Virus record (IMG/VR): IMGVR_UViG_3300043466_000797
Span: 1-58,213 of that record
Strand: one strand, 5' to 3'
Origin: a virus
Lineage: Duplodnaviria > Caudoviricetes
DNA length: 58,213 nucleotides
How positions within the stretch are numbered: the stretch's first letter is position 1; every line of letters starts with the position of its first letter. A program made the translations under genes and the position numbers. Shown piece by piece: positions 48,689 through 56,568 of this stretch. Under the pieces are notes generated by a model that saw only the letters and a list, made by a program, of their open reading frames with translations, was not told where the DNA came from and did not search any database.

Positions 48689-49009
48689 TTGGATCTCGCA
48701 GTTAACGTAGCACAGTCTTCTGAATGTAGAATGAAGCACGGTGCAGTAGTAGTTAGAGGCGGTAGTGTAATCAGCGTAGGCATTAATAAAAATAGAAATC
48801 ATCCAACTGTAGTTTCTTCAGAGCATATTAAAACACATTGTTCTGTACATGCTGAAATTGATGCATTGCGTAAGGTAAAGAATGCTAAGGGAGCCACAAT
48901 TTATGTGGCAAGAGTTAATAGAAAAGGTCAGGATAGGTTGTCCAGACCATGCGACCGCTGCCACGATGCTATTCGTGAGGCGGGTATTAGAAAAGTGGTT
49001 TATACATGA
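48689..49009 (+). CDS. cytidine/deoxycytidylate deaminase family protein (start uncertain)
   Basis: HGAVVV, HAE, SRPCDRC. Confidence 0.85.
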   Translation: MDLAVNVAQSSECRMKHGAVVVRGGSVISVGINKNRNHPTVVSSEHIKTHCSVHAEIDALRKVKNAKGATIYVARVNRKGQDRLSRPCDRCHDAIREAGIRKVVYT

Positions 49010-49155
49010 GTGATATTAGAAATCTAGAAGTAGTTCTAGACGGAATTAGAGAAGAACTAGCAAGGATAAGAATTGTTCTTGAGCAAGATGCTTATAAGAA
49101 GACAATGATTCTACAGAAAGCGAATGATGAAAACTTTAACACTAAACTATTCTGA
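49006..49155 (+). CDS. 49-aa hypothetical protein
   Basis: ATGA overlap; MSDIRNLEVVLDGIREEL... Confidence 0.45.
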   Translation: MSDIRNLEVVLDGIREELARIRIVLEQDAYKKTMILQKANDENFNTKLF

Positions 49156-49360
49156 GGCTCACGATTTTGTGGGTAAGAACAGCCATCGTGGATACTTCTG
49201 GGATGGCTGGGATATCAATAGATGGGTTCCTAATCCTTCAGGATTCATGTCAAAGAATGGCATGTATCGTAATGGCAAGTGGGGAATGTCTTACTCGTAC
49301 CCGCTTCAAGATTCAGGTTCCTGGGAAGTAAAGGTTCCTGCCAATGTCGAATATAATTGA
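49124..49360 (+). CDS. hypothetical protein
   Basis: Trp/Gly-rich ORF in operon. Confidence 0.6.
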   Translation: MMKTLTLNYSEAHDFVGKNSHRGYFWDGWDINRWVPNPSGFMSKNGMYRNGKWGMSYSYPLQDSGSWEVKVPANVEYN

Positions 49361-49697
49361 TGATCTTGGCTTAGATGCCGATAATCTAAAATGGTATCAG
49401 TTGGCTGCATGTATAAATGCTGATATTAATATGTTTTATGATGATTATGAAACAGATAAATTTGTATCTGCACAGGTAGATGAGATGTGTCTTCATTGTC
49501 CAGTTATCAAACAATGCTATAATGAAGGTGTAAGAAATAAAGAACGTGGTGTCTGGGGCGGTGTGTATATGGACCTTGGACGAATAGACAAAGAATATAA
49601 TGCACATAAGACACAAGAAACATGGAAAAGACTGAAGGCTATACATGGATCAAGTATTCTACACAAAAGAAATGGCGAAAGCGATAAGGCAAGTTAA
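49344..49697 (+). CDS. whiB: WhiB-family Fe-S transcription factor
   Basis: W...AAC...C.HCPV...C...GVWGG. Confidence 0.85.
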   Translation: MSNIIDDLGLDADNLKWYQLAACINADINMFYDDYETDKFVSAQVDEMCLHCPVIKQCYNEGVRNKERGVWGGVYMDLGRIDKEYNAHKTQETWKRLKAIHGSSILHKRNGESDKAS

Positions 49698-49890
49698 GCC
49701 GCCGTTCTCTGGGATTAAACTAGATATAAGAAAGCGTCCAAATTATATAGCACTAACAATTCATGAAGATAATATCATGGAAATGTCTGAATCTAAGCGT
49801 ATGCAAGTAATGGAATACCTCCTTCAGATCCGCGCTATGGTAGAGAACTTTGGCGTCAGATGTGAAATAGAGGGCATAAAATATGTCTAG
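49645..49890 (+). CDS. hypothetical protein
   Basis: ORF in operon. Confidence 0.6.
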   Translation: MDQVFYTKEMAKAIRQVKPPFSGIKLDIRKRPNYIALTIHEDNIMEMSESKRMQVMEYLLQIRAMVENFGVRCEIEGIKYV

Positions 49891-50080
49891 TCGTTCTATA
49901 CATCACTACCTTGTTTATATAGAGGAAGATGATTGCTATGGAGTTACTGAAAATATGGGAGCATACGCTAGTTTAGTAAAATACCATAAAGATGGAATTG
50001 AATATAAAGTCATGATATTAAATGAAGATTTAATATTTTTAGAAGATATAAGTATCGGCATAGAGGAAGAAGAAATTTAA
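49883..50080 (+). CDS. hypothetical protein
   Basis: ORF in operon. Confidence 0.55.
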   Translation: MSSRSIHHYLVYIEEDDCYGVTENMGAYASLVKYHKDGIEYKVMILNEDLIFLEDISIGIEEEEI

Positions 50081-50310
50081 TGGTTTGCTATTCATGTGGT
50101 CAGCCTAAGAACGATCTAACGGCTAAGAAATCCTCCCTTCTGGGTGGCATGAATTTGCTTCTTTGCAAAAAGTGTATAGAATCTAAGTATGAGCCACGAT
50201 GGATTATTATCCTGGCAGGAAGAAAGTTTGGTCCAGATTCAGTAAGGGAGTATGTGGTTCGTCACAGATATGTCGGCAAAGAAATCTCAGCGAGTGAACT
50301 CATCTCCTAG
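50080..50310 (+). CDS. zinc-finger hypothetical protein
   Basis: CYSC...CKKC. Confidence 0.6.
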   Translation: MVCYSCGQPKNDLTAKKSSLLGGMNLLLCKKCIESKYEPRWIIILAGRKFGPDSVREYVVRHRYVGKEISASELIS

Positions 50311-50551
50311 CACAAAGCGTTGCAGGGATATAATAAATCAAATTAATCAATTAGCATCACTAATTAGATCTGGAGATGCTACTCAGACAGATGTTAGCGT
50401 ATGCATGTCACTTACCAATAAATTAATTAAATTTATGAATAAGTCAAAGGACATAGACGATTTTTATAAATGGGTCGCAAACGAGACTATAGAAATGTCT
50501 ACAAACATATGCAAAATATATGATAGAACTAGGATAGATGATAAAATATAA
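50252..50551 (+). CDS. hypothetical protein (start uncertain)
   Basis: ORF fills gap. Confidence 0.4.
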   Translation: MWFVTDMSAKKSQRVNSSPSTKRCRDIINQINQLASLIRSGDATQTDVSVCMSLTNKLIKFMNKSKDIDDFYKWVANETIEMSTNICKIYDRTRIDDKI

Positions 50552-50582
50552 GTAGCAATCTTTATCTAGGGGAGACAGGCTA

Positions 50583-50876
50583 CTGAATATTCCAGACGCA
50601 ATTCTAATAGCACTAATCGGTTTGATTGGTGCTTTATCTACTGGCGCGGTCGCTAAGTTATTTGATTATAGGCTAGGTAGACTCAAGCACGAATTTGAAA
50701 AGGGCGTGCAGGATAAAGCCGTAGAGGTTGAAGAATTAAAAACTCTGAAGCAGGAATTAGAAAATAGAAAAGAAGAAATACGAAGTCTTGAAGAAGAGTT
50801 AGATAGATGGAAGGGCAAATATTACGAGATGCTTGAACATTTAATTAATCTTAAAGGGCAAATAGAAAAAAAATAA
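50583..50876 (+). CDS. membrane coiled-coil protein, probable CTG start
   Basis: GGGGAGA RBS then in-frame CTG giving a full TM helix. Confidence 0.55.
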   Translation: MNIPDAILIALIGLIGALSTGAVAKLFDYRLGRLKHEFEKGVQDKAVEVEELKTLKQELENRKEEIRSLEEELDRWKGKYYEMLEHLINLKGQIEKK

Positions 50877-50942
50877 TATCCTAGAAATTGATTACAATTT
50901 AAGATATAATATAAATAGACAAATGCTAGATATTGGAATGTT

Positions 50943-51476
50943 ATGACTTGTATAGTAGGAATAGCCGATGGTAAAAAAGTCTATATGGGTGGAGATTCTG
51001 CTTCTGTAGATGAAGACAATTCTCTAGTATCTTCTAGGAAAGAACCTAAAATTTTTATAAATGGTGGATATTTAATAGGATACGCTGGAAGTTTTAGATT
51101 TGGTAAAATTCTTCAGCACTCCTTTATTCCTCCAAAAATATCTAGCGACAACATAGATAAATTTTTAAATACTACATTTGTGAATGCTCTTAGAGAATGT
51201 TGTGAATTAAATAAGGTAGATCCTGGGTCGGAAGAAGATTCTTCAGAAATGCTTATAGGAGTTTCGGGCAGAGTATTTGAATTCTGTAACGATTGGCACT
51301 TTGGCGAAGATATTAATAATTTTAATTCCATAGGATCGGGAACAAAGTTCGCTCTAGGATCTTTGTATTCTACTAGACGATTAAAGTCTCCAAATGCTAG
51401 AATACAACTAGCACTTGAATCAGCGGAGAAATTCTCTACATCTGTAAGAGGACCATTTACTATATTGGAGTTGTAA
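50943..51476 (+). CDS. Ntn-hydrolase protease (HslV/proteasome beta-like)
   Basis: MTCIVG N-terminal Thr, GDS, K, IGSG..FALG. Confidence 0.8.
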   Translation: MTCIVGIADGKKVYMGGDSASVDEDNSLVSSRKEPKIFINGGYLIGYAGSFRFGKILQHSFIPPKISSDNIDKFLNTTFVNALRECCELNKVDPGSEEDSSEMLIGVSGRVFEFCNDWHFGEDINNFNSIGSGTKFALGSLYSTRRLKSPNARIQLALESAEKFSTSVRGPFTILEL

Positions 51477-51667
51477 TGCTAGATGCTAGAGGTCTTCCGA
51501 CCCCAGAGTGTCCTAGTTGTGGAAGTTGGTTGCTTAAAGTAACCCTTAATTTTGATGAAGAATATAATATATGCTCGTATTTACTTGAAGGAGAGTGTGC
51601 CATGTGTGGTACACTTCTTACTGTACCCACCCCACTAGATCATCCAGACTATGAGGAGATGTTGTGA
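51476..51667 (+). CDS. zinc-ribbon protein
   Basis: CPSCG...CAMCG..PTP.D. Confidence 0.65.
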   Translation: MLDARGLPTPECPSCGSWLLKVTLNFDEEYNICSYLLEGECAMCGTLLTVPTPLDHPDYEEML

Positions 51668-52119
51668 AAACAGCAGTCATATTCGATATGGACGGAACGC
51701 TTGCAGATGTGTCATCTATTCGTCATCATCTGACTAAATATGATGAGGGTAAGCGCCGCGTTATTAAGCATTTCGATAACTTTCATGCTGAATCTGTTAA
51801 TGTTCCTTCTCATAGTCATGTAGTTAATGCTGCTCAGATTGCCCACATACTAGGACATGCGGTACTAGTTGTTACTGCCCGTAAGCATATGTGGAGAAAT
51901 CACACAGCCTGGTGGCTGGCAATGCATGAGGTTCCTAGCGATATGCTAATGATGCGCGGGGATGAAGACAATCGCAAAGACTATGAAGTCAAGAAAGATA
52001 TGCTTGACACACTCCGTAAGGCATACGATATAATTCATGCATGGGATGATAATCCAAGTATTATCAAACTATGGGAAGAAAGTAATATACCAACTACAGT
52101 AGTTCCAGGATGGGATTAA
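51664..52119 (+). CDS. HAD phosphatase (PNK 3'-phosphatase-like)
   Basis: FDMDGTL, VTAR, LMMR..D.RKD..VK, WDD. Confidence 0.85.
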   Translation: MKTAVIFDMDGTLADVSSIRHHLTKYDEGKRRVIKHFDNFHAESVNVPSHSHVVNAAQIAHILGHAVLVVTARKHMWRNHTAWWLAMHEVPSDMLMMRGDEDNRKDYEVKKDMLDTLRKAYDIIHAWDDNPSIIKLWEESNIPTTVVPGWD

Positions 52120-52217
52120 TCATGGACGGAATAGATGACTACTTTGAAATGAAATGGACCAAGCAATAGCCCATTTCTAATTAGCCCCTATGCTACAATG
52201 AGCATAGGGGTTTAATT

Positions 52218-52577
52218 ATGACTAAAAATAATAGAGCAATGATGTTTGATTATATAAACATTAGATTATCAGATATGATATTGGCAATAAATAACAGATT
52301 TGAGCAAAATGAAAAACAGGTAGAAAGAGCAGAAAGAACACTAAATGAAAGATTGGCTTCTGTTAATGAATTTAGATTAGTTCTTACTGATCAGCAAAAA
52401 CTATTAGTAAATAGAACTGAATACCAGAATCTATCTGATCGTGTGGATAGAATAGAATCTAGGCTAAGTCTACTAGAAGGTAGAGGAAAAGGTCTTAGTG
52501 CTGGCTGGGGGTATCTAGTCGGGGCAATTGGTCTGATTGTAGGATTTATAACAATATTAAGTATAGATTTAATATGA
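52218..52577 (+). CDS. coiled-coil protein with C-terminal TM helix
   Basis: Heptads then WGYLVGAIGLIVGFITIL. Confidence 0.65.
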   Translation: MTKNNRAMMFDYINIRLSDMILAINNRFEQNEKQVERAERTLNERLASVNEFRLVLTDQQKLLVNRTEYQNLSDRVDRIESRLSLLEGRGKGLSAGWGYLVGAIGLIVGFITILSIDLI

Positions 52578-52691
52578 CTGGTCAATGACTGGTTATTTTT
52601 TCCGATTTACGAAGATTGTGTGGATTTCTATGATATAATAGATATATAGAGGCACCCCATTCCTTTAAAATAAAACTAAAGGAGTTTTCTG

Positions 52692-53252
52692 GTGCAAGAT
52701 AAGACAAGTAATTTAATTATATGGCTAGTAATTGGAGCGATATTCATCGTTACAGTTGGCGCTCTAATTTTTATGTTTAGTTCTTCCGCAAATGCTGGTG
52801 GAGATAAAGTAAGAATATGTCACGCCACCGCATCACAATCTAACCCATATGTAAACATAGAAATTGATTCTTCAAGTATTGAGAATCCTAATGATAAGAA
52901 GTATTTAAACGGACATGGAGATCATGAAAAGGATATCATTCCTCCATTTTCGTTTAATGAATCATCTTTCCCTGGCATGAATTGGGACGATACTGGTCAA
53001 GTGATCTGGAATAATGACTGTAAAGTAGTCACTCCAACACCTACACCAACGCCCACTCCAACGGAGCCAACTCCAACCCCAACACCAACGGAGCCAACTC
53101 CAACACCAACGCCGACAGAGCCAACTCCAGAACCAACGGAGCCAACTCCTACGCCAGAACCAACGGAGACAAATCCAACACCAATCCCAATCCCAACAGA
53201 CATACCCGCTGGTGGGGGAGGCATGGCTGTGGAAGTCCCCGTTTTAAAATAA
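52692..53252 (+). CDS. exported surface protein with Pro/Thr stalk and IPAGG motif
   Basis: N-terminal signal/TM; KVRICHAT...NPY domain; (PTPTPTE)n; IPAGGGG at 53202-53222. Confidence 0.75.
   Translation: MQDKTSNLIIWLVIGAIFIVTVGALIFMFSSSANAGGDKVRICHATASQSNPYVNIEIDSSSIENPNDKKYLNGHGDHEKDIIPPFSFNESSFPGMNWDDTGQVIWNNDCKVVTPTPTPTPTPTEPTPTPTPTEPTPTPTPTEPTPEPTEPTPTPEPTETNPTPIPIPTDIPAGGGGMAVEVPVLK
53031..53198 (+). repeat. coding tandem repeat (Pro-Thr-Glu)
   Basis: Repeated CCAACGGAGCCAACTCC-like units. Confidence 0.85.
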
Positions 53253-53713
53253 ATGCTGAAATAGTTCCTGTTGGAATAACTTCTAATAACTCAATAGAAA
53301 TACCTGATGATATCTCAAAGGTAGGCATTTATAAATATGGAGCCGCCCCTGGGTCTAATGGGGGATCTACAATTCTCGTGAGTCACCGCGATGGAGTAGG
53401 TTCAGACCCAGGGGCTTTCTATAATCTGGAAACACTCGCTATGGGGGATAAGGTCGATATTTCCTATATCAATTATACCTCACATTATATAATTATTGAC
53501 CGATTTATGACCAAAAAAGATTCTTTTTATAAGAAAGCACCGAAACTTTTCAGGTATAAGGGTCCTCCACAATTAGTTATGATTACCTGTGGCGGCGGGT
53601 TCGATTTTGAAGCGGGATCATACAAGAAAAATGTAATAGTCATAGCAATCCCATTGACTTATTCACATACAAATATATATAATGGTAAACATACAACATT
53701 AATATTTAACTGA
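53243..53713 (+). CDS. class F sortase domain, reached by -1 shift from upstream ORF
   Basis: INAEIVPVG...P.D...VG.Y..G..PG...HRD...F..L..L..GD...LVMITCGG.FD...Y..N. Confidence 0.8.
   Translation, partial: FKINAEIVPVGITSNNSIEIPDDISKVGIYKYGAAPGSNGGSTILVSHRDGVGSDPGAFYNLETLAMGDKVDISYINYTSHYIIIDRFMTKKDSFYKKAPKLFRYKGPPQLVMITCGGGFDFEAGSYKKNVIVIAIPLTYSHTNIYNGKHTTLIFN
53654..53683 (+). promoter_or_regulatory. housekeeping-sigma promoter
   Basis: TTGACT-N18-TATAAT; GAAAGG RBS before 53723. Confidence 0.6.
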
Positions 53714-53722
53714 AAGGTTAAA

Positions 53723-54172
53723 ATGATTATTCGTAATGCTGTGAGATGTAATAAGTGTCAGGAAGTTCTTCAGTCCACCCATGTTCATGACTATGTTCAA
53801 TGTATGTGTCAGGAGACTATGGTCGATGGCGGGAATGAATACTTTAGGTACGGTGGAAATGACGTAGAGACTCTATTCGTAGAAACACATAGTCCATATG
53901 TACCACATTCTGTACAACTTGAGAATAGTGATGTTATTTTAGCCGCCCACCATCCAGATACATGTGTTGGATCTATCTGTGCATTGCATAAGCGAACAGA
54001 CCATGTAATGCGTGATTGGGAGCAGAGCCTTGAAATGATCGGTAAAGTATTCATCATGACAAGAATTTGTCCACATGGCATTGCACATACAGATCCAGAT
54101 GACTTCTTTGTTTATGACATTGGATACTGTAAGGACTGTGAACCCCCTCGTAAAGAGGTTATTTATGTATGA
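53723..54172 (+). CDS. Cys/His-rich hypothetical protein
   Basis: NAVRC.KC...S.H.HDY..C.C....DGG; second CPHG..H.DPD domain. Confidence 0.65.
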   Translation: MIIRNAVRCNKCQEVLQSTHVHDYVQCMCQETMVDGGNEYFRYGGNDVETLFVETHSPYVPHSVQLENSDVILAAHHPDTCVGSICALHKRTDHVMRDWEQSLEMIGKVFIMTRICPHGIAHTDPDDFFVYDIGYCKDCEPPRKEVIYV

Positions 54173-54371
54173 ACGCGCTAAAGTTACTCTAAAAAAACGA
54201 CCTGGAAGCACAGAAACGTTTGATATCCTCTGGGAAGAGGGCGGGGTAGAAAAGAATGTCGGTACAGGACAATATATTGAATCAGCCATCTGGTTTTATA
54301 TGCGGGAAAAAGATCTTGACATTTGGATTGACGATGGAGATAATATAACTCAAATAAGAGGAGATTGGTGA
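54165..54371 (+). CDS. hypothetical protein
   Basis: GAGG RBS; start MYERAK. Confidence 0.55.
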   Translation: MYERAKVTLKKRPGSTETFDILWEEGGVEKNVGTGQYIESAIWFYMREKDLDIWIDDGDNITQIRGDW

Positions 54372-54847
54372 TGCAAGTTTTTCTACCAGAGAGCGATTTT
54401 GACATAGCCGCCCAACAACTAGACACAAAGCGTCTAGTTAAGCAGTTGTTGGAGGGTCGCCAGATTATGACAATTCTAGTCGGTGAGTCTAAGTCTAACG
54501 CTTGGCGCAATCACCCTGCCGTTAGAATGTTTGACGGTCACCCAATTACCCTATATAATTATCTAGCGGCTATCCGCAAGGAGATGGAGCGTCGTGAGTA
54601 TAAGTGGGAGAAGAATTGGCATGAGATTGAGCGCATGGCAGAAGGTATCACAGACACGGGTCTACCGAACTGGATGGTTGACGAGGATACGTTTTATCAT
54701 GTCCTTACTACCCATCGTGGTAGACTATATGAAAAAGCCCCAGAACTTTACCCACAATACAGGGCGGAATATGAAATCTACCAGAACTATGTATGCTGCC
54801 CAGGAAAATGCACATACTACTGGCCCACACACTTAGGAGAAAAATGA
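54371..54847 (+). CDS. pyrimidine-dimer DNA glycosylase/endonuclease V family protein
   Basis: MQ.FLP...LD.KRL.KQ..E..QI...W.NHPAV.M...H...L. Confidence 0.75.
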   Translation: MQVFLPESDFDIAAQQLDTKRLVKQLLEGRQIMTILVGESKSNAWRNHPAVRMFDGHPITLYNYLAAIRKEMERREYKWEKNWHEIERMAEGITDTGLPNWMVDEDTFYHVLTTHRGRLYEKAPELYPQYRAEYEIYQNYVCCPGKCTYYWPTHLGEK

Positions 54848-55167
54848 CATATCTATCAGGTAATATTAATATGGCAGACGTTACAAAGTCTGAGCCTGTT
54901 TATTCTAGTAACAATATCACTATCACCGCATCCGATCTAAAGTCTAATGACAGGCCATGGATGGCCTATTATGTAACTGCCGATGAATTCTTTGAGGTTC
55001 TGCGTATTGCATACGATGATACTTATGGCGGTGGATCAGATACCCCCTGGCACCCAGAGGATATGTACGTCAATGTCTCTTGTGTCCTAGAGGTCGTTAC
55101 CAATACTCTTTCAAATATGGCAAAACTAAGGTCTGGTCGGCAAGTAAAAGGAATTAAGGAATCATGA
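54844..55167 (+). CDS. hypothetical protein
   Basis: AGGAG RBS; ATGA overlap. Confidence 0.55.
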   Translation: MTYLSGNINMADVTKSEPVYSSNNITITASDLKSNDRPWMAYYVTADEFFEVLRIAYDDTYGGGSDTPWHPEDMYVNVSCVLEVVTNTLSNMAKLRSGRQVKGIKES

Positions 55168-55349
55168 CAGAGGTACAATATGTAGCGAATGCCTTGATGG
55201 AGTCATGGTTCCCTAAAAGAAATAAAGATCCTGAGTGGCTAAAAAGCGAGGATGGTCAGAACTGGCAGGAAATAGCCATTCTAGACGCTACAATAGCCAT
55301 AGATGCCCATTTAAAATGGCAGGAACTAAATGGGGACGACCTTAAATAA
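55164..55349 (+). CDS. hypothetical protein
   Basis: Coupled ORF. Confidence 0.55.
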   Translation: MTEVQYVANALMESWFPKRNKDPEWLKSEDGQNWQEIAILDATIAIDAHLKWQELNGDDLK

Positions 55350-55546
55350 TGTACGTTAAATGCTGGCAATGCTCAGAAAGTATTGATACAATTTCAGTAG
55401 AGAAGCAAGTCTACAGTAATGTAATCAATGATCTGCGCGGGATGCTCTGTAAGAATTCAATGGGAGATTCCTGCGACCTTGATTGGCGGCATGAAGATTG
55501 TAGAGTTATTTCAGCATTAATAAAACACTATAAGGAAAAACTATGA
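55349..55546 (+). CDS. Cys-rich hypothetical protein
   Basis: Coupled ORF. Confidence 0.5.
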   Translation: MYVKCWQCSESIDTISVEKQVYSNVINDLRGMLCKNSMGDSCDLDWRHEDCRVISALIKHYKEKL

Positions 55547-55731
55547 AAGTTACAGATTTAGAAGATATTGTAAGTCGCGTGGCCCTTGAATACTTCCAAT
55601 ACAAGAATCCAGGATTTTCTGCTACAGAAAACCCAAATACTGTACATTCATGTATTGATGATACGGCTTTTATTATTAATAAATTTATCAAATATTTCAA
55701 TGATTTAGCAGAGGAGCAGTTGAATGACTGA
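55543..55731 (+). CDS. hypothetical protein
   Basis: Coupled ORF; AAGGA RBS. Confidence 0.55.
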   Translation: MKVTDLEDIVSRVALEYFQYKNPGFSATENPNTVHSCIDDTAFIINKFIKYFNDLAEEQLND

Positions 55732-55897
55732 CGATGAGAAGGATACCCTCCTAAGGGATCTAAATATTGCTAGCCAGGATGTTAAGAAGAATATCGCAGG
55801 CAAGTCTGGTGAGGGTGCTGAAAAGAAGTACGGTCAGGCTTACGCAGCATGTGTTAAGGCAGGACTCAAGCCAGCACTTAAGCGCAAGTACCGCTAA
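55724..55897 (+). CDS. 57-aa basic protein (not in ORF track)
   Basis: GAGGAG RBS; ...EKKYGQAY..CVKAG....LKRKYR. Confidence 0.65.
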   Translation: MTDDEKDTLLRDLNIASQDVKKNIAGKSGEGAEKKYGQAYAACVKAGLKPALKRKYR

Positions 55898-56127
55898 TGA
55901 AAAGCCCATGCACTAGTAATAAGCACTCTGAATATACATGCCTCATAAAATGGGGAGTGAGCAGTAAGAAGTTCGCAGTAAATAAATGGTGTAAGGAATG
56001 CATTCAGCACCATTCCCACACTCATCTCGTACAGGAATATCTAGCCACGAATGAGCGCGAAAGTAAGAAAGAAATATCAGATATTGAGTCTAAGCCGCGA
56101 CGCGGCAGGAAGAAGAAGGTGGCATGA
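55897..56127 (+). CDS. hypothetical protein
   Basis: Coupled ORF. Confidence 0.5.
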   Translation: MKSPCTSNKHSEYTCLIKWGVSSKKFAVNKWCKECIQHHSHTHLVQEYLATNERESKKEISDIESKPRRGRKKKVA

Positions 56128-56366
56128 GAAATTTTGCCATTACCACAGGACGATGGACTGGCATATGGGCATGGATCTGGTATGCTGATGTAATGCATGA
56201 ATCTGATGATGTACCCTATACGTCATTTAATGCACTCACCAGGCGCGGGGCATTAAGAAAGGCTACCAGATACATTAGAAGGCTTACCTCTCCCATAGAG
56301 AATAAGCAAGCATTCATTTATGCATATGATCAATCACGATTTACATTGGAGAAGATAGATGTTTAG
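56124..56366 (+). CDS. hypothetical protein
   Basis: Coupled ORF. Confidence 0.5.
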   Translation: MRNFAITTGRWTGIWAWIWYADVMHESDDVPYTSFNALTRRGALRKATRYIRRLTSPIENKQAFIYAYDQSRFTLEKIDV

Positions 56367-56568
56367 TTTTGTAGGAGATGCCGTCAATAATATGGTCGAT
56401 AAGTTTATTGACTGGGCTATCCCACTTGATAACTTTGGACCATTGACTGACGATGATGAAGTCTCTTGGTAAGTATCTTCTATTTCTTACCATATTCTAT
56501 TTTGTTACTTTTCAGGTGACAAAGGTTATTTTGAGAAGGAATAAGAAGCAATATAATATCCAACATTA

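Noticed and set aside
290-54510. Many minus-strand and nested ORFs in the track (e.g. 290-781, 5784-6179, 45650-46366, 52997-53224)
   Set aside because: Antisense or alternate-frame shadows of well-supported + strand genes, with no recognisable motifs.
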